From contig JAWKPC010000002.1 in NCBI GenBank assembly GCA_041390865.1, positions 388,584 to 452,583 of the forward strand: a stretch of 64,000 nucleotides of DNA, in the 5' to 3' direction. Below the pieces are notes generated by a model. That model had not been told where the DNA came from and did not search any database. It worked only from the letters and a program-made list of their open reading frames with translations. Position 1 is the first letter of the stretch, and every line of letters begins with the position of its first letter. This document shows positions 29,936-38,825 of this stretch, piece after piece. This DNA is from Thermomicrobiales bacterium (GTDB lineage Bacteria; Chloroflexota; Chloroflexia; Thermomicrobiales; CFX8). The position numbers and the translations under genes were made by a program.

Positions 29936-30563
29936 CCCGAATCAACGACAGTACCGGTCCTCGCCTGGAGACGGACGCCGGTGGTGGAGAAGGCTAGGTT
30001 AGCCACCGCGTCATTCTGGCCAGGGCAACAAGACTCGCGGTACCGGTTGTTCCGCCTCGCGAGGCTCCAATCTCCAATGTAGACCCTTCATCCCCACTCC
30101 GTGGGTGCCCAGCTGCCGCTCCGGTCAGAATGCTTGGCGCGCTGCTGGAGAATCCGGGGAGTCATACGAAGTCCGGATAAATGTTTCCCGTACCCTGTAC
30201 CTGCAATGCGATGCATTGCCACGGTCGCAGGCTCCTTTGATAGGAAATTCAGGAAGTCTCCGACAAGATTCCATATCAGGTAACTCGGCCAACACAATCC
30301 GCCGAAGCGTCTATGACTGCGTATTTATGGTAGCTGGCACGTCTACACGAATCGTTGCGTCGTCCGAGAACGATCTGGGCTTGGTTGCCTCGTTTCCCTA
30401 CCGTCGCTTCGATTCAACGAGATCCCTCAATCGTGCAGCCCGATCCTCTGCGCCGTGATCTTCACCAGTTGGCTATGGAGTCGGCTGGAGATGTCGAGCG
30501 ATAGATCGGGCCAGTTCGGGGCAACCCGAAACAACCGTTGAAGCCGGTCGTTTCAGGCAATCC

Positions 30564-32138
30564 CTAGCGCTGGCGGAACTGGAAGTGGAGGAACAGGCTG
30601 GCGACGGTCGTCGTTCCGATCGCGATGGCAGCCGGGCCGACGATGGTCCAGGTCGGGGCGTCAACGCCGCGGAGCATGACTTCCTGGAGGCCGCTGATCC
30701 CGTACGTCACCGGCAGGATATAGGCGACGACCTGTACTGGCGAGAGCAGATTGTCGAGCGGCAGGAAGAACCCGCTGAAGAACACCGCAGCGAGCAGCAG
30801 GATCATCGCCGCCTGAACCGCCTGCGTTTCGGTGCTGACGATGGCGGAAATCAGGAAACCCATCCCCAGCGACGCTGCCAGAACCAGGCCGATGACAAGA
30901 CAGAACTGTAGCCAGTCTCCAAGCAACGGCACGCTGAGCCCATAGATGATCACGAGTGCGAGGATGGCGCTCAGGATGGCCCCGATGATGAAGTAGGAGA
31001 GGTATTTGCCGGTCAGCACTTCGCGGGGGCTGATCGGCGCGACGCGGAACATCTCGATCGTGCCGCGTGCCCGCTCGCGAACGAGAGCCAGCGCCGTCAG
31101 GGTGATAGCGATGTGCTGGATGAGCAGCGCCAGGACGCCCGGCGCGTAGAACTCGACGAAATCGGGTGATGTCGGTGCAAGGTTGTCTTCATCCGCCACG
31201 AACGGAGCGACCAGCACGTCGGCGGGAATGGCCGGCAGTGCACGGGCGGTCTCGGCGAAATCGTCGCGCCGTTCGGCGATGAACTCAAGGTCGGGCGCGA
31301 TTGTTTCCGGCCCGGCATCCGGGTTATCCAGCTTCGTCGAGCTGTTCGTGAGGCCGGTCTGGATCTCGCTCAGATCGCGGTCGATCGATTCCAGGTTCTG
31401 AACCGGCGGGCTCTGTGGCGCGCCGGTTGCCCCGACGGAGAGAGCGGTCGCCAACAGGATCCGGCGGAACTGGGTGGCCGAATCGCGAGTTTCCCGGGTG
31501 AGTTCCCGCAGGTCCTGGAGTTCCTGCTGGGCTTGTTCCTGGTTGCCAGCTTCCAGTGCCGAATTGAGCCGGTCGATGCCGTTATTCAGCCGCGCCGGGT
31601 ACTCGGTCAATTCACTAAGTCCGGTGCGCGACTGGGTAAATCCCTGTTCCAGGACTTCCCGGAGGACGAGCTGGTTGATCTCGGAGGTCTGGACGCTCGA
31701 GTAGAACTCGAGCCAGTTGCGCTGGAACGGGACGAGCTCGTTGTAGAAGACGGTAATCTCCGCCGTTTGCCCGGAGGAGATCGTCTCGAACGCGTTTTCC
31801 GGGAAGGCGACGACCAGATCGATGTCTCGATCTCGAAGCTCGCGCAACGCCGCTCCGCGGTCGCTTGTCACGTCCTTCAGGACGAGCGGGGAGACGAAAC
31901 TATCTTCGTACGCCTGGCGGTTCGTGCTCAGGTCGCTGTCGGGAGGGATGACGAGTACTGTCTCGACCGGCGGGGTCCGGCCCTCATAGCCGACTCCGAA
32001 GAGCAGCAGCACCAGGAACGGGGCGATGATCAGGGCGACGATCAGCTGTGGCTGACGGCGTATCTGAACGATGTCCTTGCCGATGAACGCCGCCGGTCTG
32101 AGGATCATCCGCCAGAGGCGGTTAAGTAGATGTCTCAT
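30564..32138 (-). CDS. ABC-2 type transporter permease with a large extracytoplasmic coiled-coil domain
   Basis: 524 aa: one N-terminal TM, a ~300-aa soluble insert (YhgE/Pip-like look), then a C-terminal 5-TM ABC-2 bundle. A 4-nt overlap with the upstream ATPase gene suggests coupling. Confidence 0.75.
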   Translation of the reverse strand: MRHLLNRLWRMILRPAAFIGKDIVQIRRQPQLIVALIIAPFLVLLLFGVGYEGRTPPVETVLVIPPDSDLSTNRQAYEDSFVSPLVLKDVTSDRGAALRELRDRDIDLVVAFPENAFETISSGQTAEITVFYNELVPFQRNWLEFYSSVQTSEINQLVLREVLEQGFTQSRTGLSELTEYPARLNNGIDRLNSALEAGNQEQAQQELQDLRELTRETRDSATQFRRILLATALSVGATGAPQSPPVQNLESIDRDLSEIQTGLTNSSTKLDNPDAGPETIAPDLEFIAERRDDFAETARALPAIPADVLVAPFVADEDNLAPTSPDFVEFYAPGVLALLIQHIAITLTALALVRERARGTIEMFRVAPISPREVLTGKYLSYFIIGAILSAILALVIIYGLSVPLLGDWLQFCLVIGLVLAASLGMGFLISAIVSTETQAVQAAMILLLAAVFFSGFFLPLDNLLSPVQVVAYILPVTYGISGLQEVMLRGVDAPTWTIVGPAAIAIGTTTVASLFLHFQFRQR

Positions 32139-33007
32139 TCTTGGACGTCAGACGATCGCCGGACGAGCTCGACGAATACCGTATCCAGGGAAATCTGAAC
32201 CTCCTCGATCTCTTCAATCTCATGGCCCTCAGCGTTCATCGCGCCGATCAGGCGGGGAATCGCGGCGTGGGCCGACTCGACGACGATCTCCATCTCCTTC
32301 GGGGAGGTCCGCCGCCCATCTCGTACGAAATCAAGCGCTAGAAGCTTCGCTGCGAGGTCGTCGGACAGAGCCTCCGACTTGAGCCGCACGAGCTCGCCGC
32401 CGAAGACCTGATCGCGGAGGCCGTCCGGGCTGTCACTTGCGACGACCTGGCCGTTGTTGATCAGCAGAATCCTGTCGCACCGCTCGGTTTCGGTGATGTA
32501 CTGGGTCGTAACGACCAGGGTTGCGCCGTTTTCCCGGAGATGTCCGAACATCTCCCAGATCGATTCGCGCAGCACGGGGTCGAGGCCTGCGGTGGGCTCA
32601 TCAAGAACGATCAAGTCGGGCTGGTGCACGAGGGTGGCGGCGAGGGCCACGCGGCGCTGCATGCCGCCCGAGATGTCCCGGGCCAGCCGGTCGCTGGCAT
32701 CCGCGAGGTCGAGCCGCTCGAGGAGCGCATCGATGCGATGGCGCCGTTCGCGGGGACCGAGTCCGTAGGTGCCTGCGGCAAAGAGCAGATTCTCCCGAAC
32801 GGTCAGATCTTCATAGAGCAGGAACTGCTGCGGCAGGTAGCCGATCCGTTCCCGGTCCATACGATCGAACTTCCCGGGGGCTTTGTCGAATACCGTCACT
32901 TCTCCATGGCTTGGTTTGTACAACCCCAGAAGAAGGCGGATCATCGTGGTCTTGCCGGCGCCGCTCGGCCCGACAATGCCGATGATCTCACCTCGTGAGA
33001 TATCCAC
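32135..33007 (-). CDS. ABC transporter ATP-binding protein (N-terminus probably extends upstream of 33007)
   Basis: Walker A GPSGAGKTT, signature SGGMQRR, Walker B LIVLDEPT. The track ORF starts at a GTG only 13 residues before Walker A. Conserved-looking sequence continues to 33091. Confidence 0.9.
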   Translation of the reverse strand: MDISRGEIIGIVGPSGAGKTTMIRLLLGLYKPSHGEVTVFDKAPGKFDRMDRERIGYLPQQFLLYEDLTVRENLLFAAGTYGLGPRERRHRIDALLERLDLADASDRLARDISGGMQRRVALAATLVHQPDLIVLDEPTAGLDPVLRESIWEMFGHLRENGATLVVTTQYITETERCDRILLINNGQVVASDSPDGLRDQVFGGELVRLKSEALSDDLAAKLLALDFVRDGRRTSPKEMEIVVESAHAAIPRLIGAMNAEGHEIEEIEEVQISLDTVFVELVRRSSDVQE

Positions 33008-33256
33008 CGTAACAGTGTTGAGGGCGTTGACGGAACCAAATGTCTTTCCGACATCATCGGCTTTGATCAGGGTATCTATCGAACTCTCACTTCACGAGAC
33101 GCGAATGCATTCCGCGTTGGGAGTCTAGCCGGACGGTATTCGCGTCGGTAGCGGTCACGATCTGGAAAGAGGATAGATTGTAATGCACAAATGCCCACAG
33201 TTCAGGGCAAATGAGGCATTCAAGAGGTTTCGGCTGCCTATGCGGGGTACAGGAGC

Positions 33257-33613
33257 TTAGAACTCGAGATCGTCATCGAGTTCGTCATGATCGAGAATCT
33301 CCAGGTCCTCATCGAGTTCCGGATCACCAAAGAGGGAAGTCCCGAAGAGTTCGAACGGCATGCCGCCGTCGATGTCGAGGTCCGGGGAGGTCGCTGAATC
33401 ATCGATGTCGAACCCGGCCGGGGAGCCGGCGTCATCTCCGAGATCGAAGGATACCGGCGGCTCCGGCGTCGGTTCATGTTCAGGGGTGAAGATGATTTCG
33501 GAGGTGTCGTCGAAGCCGGGGCTGCTCTCGACCGGTTCTTCCGGCAGAAATTCGAGCTTCTCGAACTCGTCGGTATCTGGTTCATTTGGCCGGTCGATCG
33601 ATCCGAATTCCAT
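33257..33613 (-). CDS. Small hyper-acidic, probably disordered protein (118 aa)
   Basis: MEFGSIDRPNEPDTDEFEKLEF...ends ELDEDLEILDHDELDDDLEF. Composition is dominated by D/E/P/F. Same strand as, and upstream of, the ABC-2 exporter genes. Coding status is inferred from ORF length and codon-like periodicity only. Confidence 0.5.
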   Translation of the reverse strand: MEFGSIDRPNEPDTDEFEKLEFLPEEPVESSPGFDDTSEIIFTPEHEPTPEPPVSFDLGDDAGSPAGFDIDDSATSPDLDIDGGMPFELFGTSLFGDPELDEDLEILDHDELDDDLEF

Positions 33614-33789
33614 ACCCTGGCTCCTGCGATATGCTCATTCACCCGACAATCTTACGGGGTTGCGGGGCGGATGGATTGTTAACTGGTTTACAGCCAGGGC
33701 GTTGCGCGAAAGCTATTCCGTGACTTGACGGGGGACGTGCCGGCTGTTTGAATCAACGAAGAAGTGAATATTCCGAGGGAGCAACGGGG

Positions 33790-33875
33790 GCTCGGGGATG
33801 CCGGGCTGAGAGGGTAGTCGATTCACTACCGACCGTTTGGGACCTGACCTGGGTAATGCCAGCGTAGGGATGTGA
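33790..33875 (+). promoter_or_regulatory. TPP (THI-box) riboswitch
   Basis: Conserved elements ggggaugcc...gggCUGAGAgg...ACCUGAcCUGGgUAAUGCCAGCGUAGGGA match the thiamine pyrophosphate riboswitch core. It lies upstream of a thiXYZ-like transporter. Confidence 0.9.
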
Positions 33876-33929
33876 CGACGGACTCGGCGGGGAAACTGCC
33901 GGGTTGTCTCGGAAGGATGTGCATCGCAA

Positions 33930-33955
33930 CGCTGGTCAGCAGACCGGCGTTTTTG
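33930..33955 (+). terminator. Intrinsic terminator, probably the expression platform of the TPP riboswitch
   Basis: cgctggtc / agca / gaccggcg followed by ttttt. It sits between the aptamer and the ATG at 34014. Confidence 0.6.
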
Positions 33956-34013
33956 CATTGCCATGATCATTGTTAACCAACCGACAACGCGACGATCGCC
34001 TACCGGCGGTGAG

Positions 34014-34781
34014 ATGGAGCTGCTCTCTGTCTCCCACCTGTCGGTCAGCTTTGACGAGATCGCGGCGATCCGGAATGTCAGCTTGAGCGTTCGGCAGGGC
34101 GAGTTCGTCGCCCTGCTCGGCCCGTCGGGCTGCGGTAAGAGCACGCTGCTCAACGCGGTCGCCGGTCTTGTCGAGCCGGATTCCGGAGAGATTCGGCTGC
34201 AAGGCGAAGTCGTGCGGGAACTGCGCGGCAGGGTTGCCTACATGCCGCAGCGGGACGCGTTGCTGCCGTGGCGTACCGTCCTGGAAAACGCGACGCTGAG
34301 CGCCGAGGTAAGCGGCAGAGACAAGACAGAAGCGCGCGAGCGCGCCCGGGAGTTGCTGCCGCGTTTCGGTCTCGAAGGCTTCGGCGACAGCTATCCGGGA
34401 GCTCTCTCGGGAGGTATGCGGCAGCGCGCCGCGTTTCTCCGGACGGTGTTGAGCGACCGGGAAGTGATGCTCCTCGATGAGCCGTTCGGCGCGCTTGATG
34501 CGCTGACCCGCCGCTCGATGCAGGAGTGGCTGCTGGATCTCTGGAACGATCTCGGCCGAACCATCCTGATGGTCACCCATGATGTCGAGGAAGCGCTGCT
34601 TCTGGCGGATGCCGTTGCCGTGATGACCGCGAGGCCAGGAACGATCAAGCATCGGGAGGCAGTCGACCTGCCCCGCCCGCGCTCGGCGGACATGATCGCG
34701 GCGCCGGCATTCATCGAGCAGAAGACGAATCTGCTGACCGTGCTGCGCGAGGAGCTGGGCGAGATGGGCGGCAGGCTGTGA
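34014..34781 (+). CDS. ABC transporter ATP-binding protein (NitT/TauT family, ThiZ-like)
   Basis: MELLSVSHLSVSF..., Walker A GPSGCGKST, signature LSGGMRQR, Walker B MLLDEPF. First gene after the TPP riboswitch. Confidence 0.9.
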   Translation: MELLSVSHLSVSFDEIAAIRNVSLSVRQGEFVALLGPSGCGKSTLLNAVAGLVEPDSGEIRLQGEVVRELRGRVAYMPQRDALLPWRTVLENATLSAEVSGRDKTEARERARELLPRFGLEGFGDSYPGALSGGMRQRAAFLRTVLSDREVMLLDEPFGALDALTRRSMQEWLLDLWNDLGRTILMVTHDVEEALLLADAVAVMTARPGTIKHREAVDLPRPRSADMIAAPAFIEQKTNLLTVLREELGEMGGRL

Positions 34782-35605
34782 TCGATCTGGCCCGCCGCGA
34801 CGCCGTCGCCGAGCGCCCGTCTTCCAGAGCATTCGACATACGGTCGCTGACCGGATGGCTGATTCCGGCGTTCCTGCTGGCGCTGGTGATTGCCGGTTGG
34901 GAGCTCTGGGTCTGGATCGACGATACCCCGGCCTGGTTCCTGCCCGCCCCGAGCGCGGTGGCGGAGGAGGCGGTTTCGAGCCGGGCCCTGCTCTGGGAAC
35001 ATACCTGGACGACGCTTCAGGAGGTGTTGCTCGGCTACGCCATTGCATTAGTTGTCGGGATCGGGACGGCCCTGTTGATCGCGTTTTCTCGCATCGCCGA
35101 GCGGACGGTCTATCCGATCATCGTCGCCAGCCAGGCGATACCGATCATCGCGCTGGCGCCGATTCTGCTGATCTGGTTCGGCTTCGGAATGACGCCGAAA
35201 ATAATCGTCGTCGTCCTGCTCTGCTACTTCCCGATTGCGGTCAACATGGCCGACGGTTTGCGGGCGGCGGACAGCGATGCCCTCAACCTGCTGCGAAGCA
35301 TGGGCGCCAGCCGCTGGCAGATCATGCGGATCGTCCGGATACCGTCGTCGTTGCCCTACCTCGTGTCGGGCGCCCGGATCGCCGCCGCTGTCTCGGTCAT
35401 CGGGGCGATCGTCGGGGAGTGGGTCGGAGCGTCATCCGGGCTTGGCTATCTCATGACCCGGGCGGCGTCCCAGTTTCTGACGGCCCGGCTCTTCGCCGCC
35501 GTCGCGATCTCGGCAGTGATCGGCATCGCGCTGTTCGCGATTGTCGCGCTGATTGGCCGGGCGCTTGTGCCCTGGGCGAAAGAGGGGCCGGGGAAGAGGG
35601 ATTAG
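34778..35605 (+). CDS. ABC transporter permease (NitT/TauT family, ThiX-like)
   Basis: 275 aa with 6 TM segments. The GTG start overlaps the upstream stop (GTGA). It has the binding-protein-dependent transport EAA-like loop (LRSMGASRWQIMRIVRIPSSLPY). Confidence 0.85.
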   Translation: MIDLARRDAVAERPSSRAFDIRSLTGWLIPAFLLALVIAGWELWVWIDDTPAWFLPAPSAVAEEAVSSRALLWEHTWTTLQEVLLGYAIALVVGIGTALLIAFSRIAERTVYPIIVASQAIPIIALAPILLIWFGFGMTPKIIVVVLLCYFPIAVNMADGLRAADSDALNLLRSMGASRWQIMRIVRIPSSLPYLVSGARIAAAVSVIGAIVGEWVGASSGLGYLMTRAASQFLTARLFAAVAISAVIGIALFAIVALIGRALVPWAKEGPGKRD

Positions 35606-35657
35606 GGATTTGAAGCGAAATTGTGGACCGGGACGATTGAGAAAGGGAACCGGGAAC

Positions 35658-36671
35658 TTGACGAAGTATCTGAACCTGCGACTGCTGGCGTTGCTGCTGC
35701 TTGCCATACCGCTGATCGCGGCCTGCGGGGACGACGATGATGATGGAGGCGATCCGGTTGCCGTCAGCGTCGCGCTGGACTGGTTTCCCTGGGCGCAGCA
35801 TTCGGCGCTCTATCTGGCCCAGGATCGAGGGTTCTTTGAAGACGAGAACCTGGACGTGGATTTCCATGTGCCGGCGAACCCGGAAGACGGGCTGAAGCTG
35901 GTCGGATCCGGCGAAGAGGACTTCGCGATCTCCTATGAGGCCGACGTCCTGCTGGCCCGGGGCGAGGATCTTCCGGTTCAGTCAGTCGCCGCGCTGGTCC
36001 AGCACCCGCTCAATAGCATCATGAGCCTGGAGTCGACCGGGATCGAGCGGCCGGCGGATCTGGAGGGTAAGCAGATCGGCTATGCCGGACTGCCGAGTGA
36101 CGAGGCGCTGGTCAAGGCAGTGCTCGAATCGGACGGCCTGACGCTCGATGACGTCGAGCTGGTGAATGTCGGCTTCAGCCTGGCGCCTTCGCTTGTTTCA
36201 GGGCAGGTTGATGCCGTGATCGGAGCCTACTGGGTGTACGAGACGTTCCAGATCGAGAACGAGACCGGGGATACGGTTTCGGTGCTCCCGCTGACCGACT
36301 GGGGCGTGCCGGACTATTACGAGCTGGTCCTGGTCACGAGCGACGAGATGATCGAAGAGCACCCGGAAACGGTCGAACGCTTCGTGCGCGCCGTGCAGCA
36401 GGGCTATGAGGCTGCGGCCGAGGACCCGGGAGCGGCGGTCGACGCCCTGCTGGAGAACAACGAGGACGCCGTCGAAGAGGTCGAGGTTGCGAGCATCGAG
36501 CTGCTCCAGCCGTTCTGGACGAGCGATGGCGAGATCGACTTCGGCACCCAGACATCCGAGAACTGGGAGCGATACGCTGGCTGGCTCAAGGAAAACGGCT
36601 TGTTGAGCGACGATGTCGACAGCTCGGAAGCGTTTACCAACGAGTTTGTCGAGGAGGCGTCGGGCGACTAG
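35658..36671 (+). CDS. NMT1/THI5-like substrate-binding lipoprotein (ThiY-like, probable HMP/thiamine-precursor binding)
   Basis: TTG at 35658 after gaaagggaa. Lipobox LLLAIPLIAAC. The NMT1/THI5-like core is ALDWFPWAQHSALYLAQDRGFF. Confidence 0.8.
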   Translation: MTKYLNLRLLALLLLAIPLIAACGDDDDDGGDPVAVSVALDWFPWAQHSALYLAQDRGFFEDENLDVDFHVPANPEDGLKLVGSGEEDFAISYEADVLLARGEDLPVQSVAALVQHPLNSIMSLESTGIERPADLEGKQIGYAGLPSDEALVKAVLESDGLTLDDVELVNVGFSLAPSLVSGQVDAVIGAYWVYETFQIENETGDTVSVLPLTDWGVPDYYELVLVTSDEMIEEHPETVERFVRAVQQGYEAAAEDPGAAVDALLENNEDAVEEVEVASIELLQPFWTSDGEIDFGTQTSENWERYAGWLKENGLLSDDVDSSEAFTNEFVEEASGD

Positions 36672-37207
36672 CGGCGCGGCGCTGTGACCCACATCCCGAT
36701 CGCGCCGATGAATGCGCCGGTCAGGAGGCCGAGAATCGCGCCGAGCGGACGAAGGTCGTTGGGATTATCGACGGTGACGCCGAGGCTGCTCTCGAAGGCT
36801 GATGCGAGGAGCATCGGCGCGACGAATGCACCGAGCGCCACGCAGACGATGGCCGTACCGACCAGCCCGAGGATGACCGGCAGCTGATCCTGCTCGTCGG
36901 CGGAAGAATTCTTGTAGGTGCTGTCTTCGTCGGCTTCGTTCCACCACTCGACGAGCTCTTCATCGGACTTCGGCGCGATGCTCGGCTGTTTCGCCGTGCT
37001 GATCTGGCCTGCGCCGGGGACGATCATCGCGCCATCGATGCCGGATGATCCACATGTCGGACAGACTGTCACGCCGGGCGGCAGATCGACTGAACACCAC
37101 TGGCAGCGCAATACTCTGCCGTTGCCGCTGGTCGTGCCGCGTTCTGCCGCAGCCTGATTCAGCCGCGCGCCGAGTTTCGGGAGTCTGCCGGTCTGGGTGT
37201 CGGCCAT
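36668..37207 (-). CDS. Zinc-ribbon membrane protein, function unknown
   Basis: From the ATG at 37205-37207. CxxC...CxxC zinc ribbon (CQWCSVDLPPGVTVCPTCG), an acidic linker, then two Gly-rich TM helices. Confidence 0.5.
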   Translation of the reverse strand: MADTQTGRLPKLGARLNQAAAERGTTSGNGRVLRCQWCSVDLPPGVTVCPTCGSSGIDGAMIVPGAGQISTAKQPSIAPKSDEELVEWWNEADEDSTYKNSSADEQDQLPVILGLVGTAIVCVALGAFVAPMLLASAFESSLGVTVDNPNDLRPLGAILGLLTGAFIGAIGMWVTAPRR

Positions 37208-37392
37208 GCTGCCATGCCTGCCTGTCACGCGCCGCGAGATGCGGAAGTGAACGAACGTAATAAGCCTGCAATAGGCACTGCAGACTCTCCTCTGGTTTAA
37301 GTCCGAAGGGGGTTGTGCGGCAACCGCCCGTTGGTACCATTCCGCTGTTTCTGGACACAATTCACCGGATTAGCCTGGGGAGGTTGGCGGCA

Positions 37393-38775
37393 ATGGATTA
37401 CGCGTCTCAAAGTTTCTGGCTGGAACATTCGGGAGATGACCTGACCCCCCGGGCGCCGCTTGACGGCTCGACGGAGGTCGACGTCGCCATTCTGGGCGCC
37501 GGATTTACCGGCCTCTGGACGGCATACCACCTGTTACAGCGCGACCCATCGTTGAACGTGGCTGTCCTCGAAGCCGAGATCGCCGGGTTCGGCGCGTCCG
37601 GCCGGAATGGCGGCTGGTGTTTCGCGGGTTTCCCGGTGCCTCCTTCGCAGCTGGCGGAACGTTATGGCCGGGAGACGGCGCGGGCGATCTCTCTGGCGAT
37701 GTACGACTCGGTTGACGACGTCGGCGCGGTCTGCGAGCGCGAAGGTATCGACGCCCATTACGCCAAGGGCGGCGAGCTCGAGATCGCGCGGGCCGAGCAT
37801 GAGATCGAACATCTGGAGGAGATGTACGAGGAGTACCGATCGATCGGGCTGGAAGATCACTATGAGATGTACGATGCCGATCAGACTGCCGAGCGGATTC
37901 AGGTAGCCGGAGCGGTCGGGTCGTTCTGGAACCGCGAAGGCGCCGCTATTCAGCCGGCCAGGCTGGCGCGAGGATTGGCCCGGGCGGTCGAGCGGCATGG
38001 CGGGACGATCTACGAACAGACGCGCGTGCTGGATTTCACTCCCGGCCCGCCGGCTCCAGTCTTCCATACCGAGCGTGGAGACGTGACGGCGAAGGTGATC
38101 GTTCTGGCCGGCGAAGCGTACCTGGCTGAACAGCCGAAGATGCGCCGGCGCATCCTCCCGATCACATCGCATATCGTCATCACCGAGCCTCTCAGCGACG
38201 AGATCTGGGGAGAGATCGGCTGGGAGCGGCGGGAGGTCGTCGGGGGTTTCGGTACCGAGGGCGGTTATCTGAACCACACGGCGGACGGGCGGATCGCGTT
38301 CGGACCATACCGCTCGCACTATCCGTTCGGATCGAAGATCACCGACGACATCAACCTGCAACCGGATATCTTCGAGCACGGCCGGGAATCAGCATTGTCC
38401 TGGTTCCCGATGCTCGAAGGCGTCGAGTTCACCCATTCCTGGGGCGGCGTTCTCGGGATGCCGCGCGATCACATGCCGACGATGGCCTACAACCGCCCAA
38501 CCGGCGTTGCTTTCGCCTTTGGATACACCGGCGACGGGGTAGCGACGACGAATCTCTCGGGCCGAACGCTCTCGCATCTGATCACCGAGACGCAATCCGA
38601 GCTCACCGAGCTGCCGATGACCCGCCACCGCCCCCGCAAATGGGAGCCCGAACCTCTGCGCTGGATCGGCTCGCAGCTTGTCATGTGGAGCCGGCGCAGG
38701 AACGAGCGCAAGGCCGACGAAACCGGCAAGAACCCCGAGGGGCCGACGCTCGCCGAGCGGTTGTGGCGGTCGTAA
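37393..38775 (+). CDS. FAD-dependent oxidoreductase (DAO family)
   Basis: Dinucleotide-binding motif VDVAILGAGFTGLWTA near the N-terminus, and a DAO-like length. Start at MDYASQ (37393) is preferred over 37315. Confidence 0.8.
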   Translation: MDYASQSFWLEHSGDDLTPRAPLDGSTEVDVAILGAGFTGLWTAYHLLQRDPSLNVAVLEAEIAGFGASGRNGGWCFAGFPVPPSQLAERYGRETARAISLAMYDSVDDVGAVCEREGIDAHYAKGGELEIARAEHEIEHLEEMYEEYRSIGLEDHYEMYDADQTAERIQVAGAVGSFWNREGAAIQPARLARGLARAVERHGGTIYEQTRVLDFTPGPPAPVFHTERGDVTAKVIVLAGEAYLAEQPKMRRRILPITSHIVITEPLSDEIWGEIGWERREVVGGFGTEGGYLNHTADGRIAFGPYRSHYPFGSKITDDINLQPDIFEHGRESALSWFPMLEGVEFTHSWGGVLGMPRDHMPTMAYNRPTGVAFAFGYTGDGVATTNLSGRTLSHLITETQSELTELPMTRHRPRKWEPEPLRWIGSQLVMWSRRRNERKADETGKNPEGPTLAERLWRS

Positions 38776-38825
38776 AGTAGGGAAGAGGCAACAGGAACCA
38801 GGGAAGAGGGAAAGACAGAGCGAGA

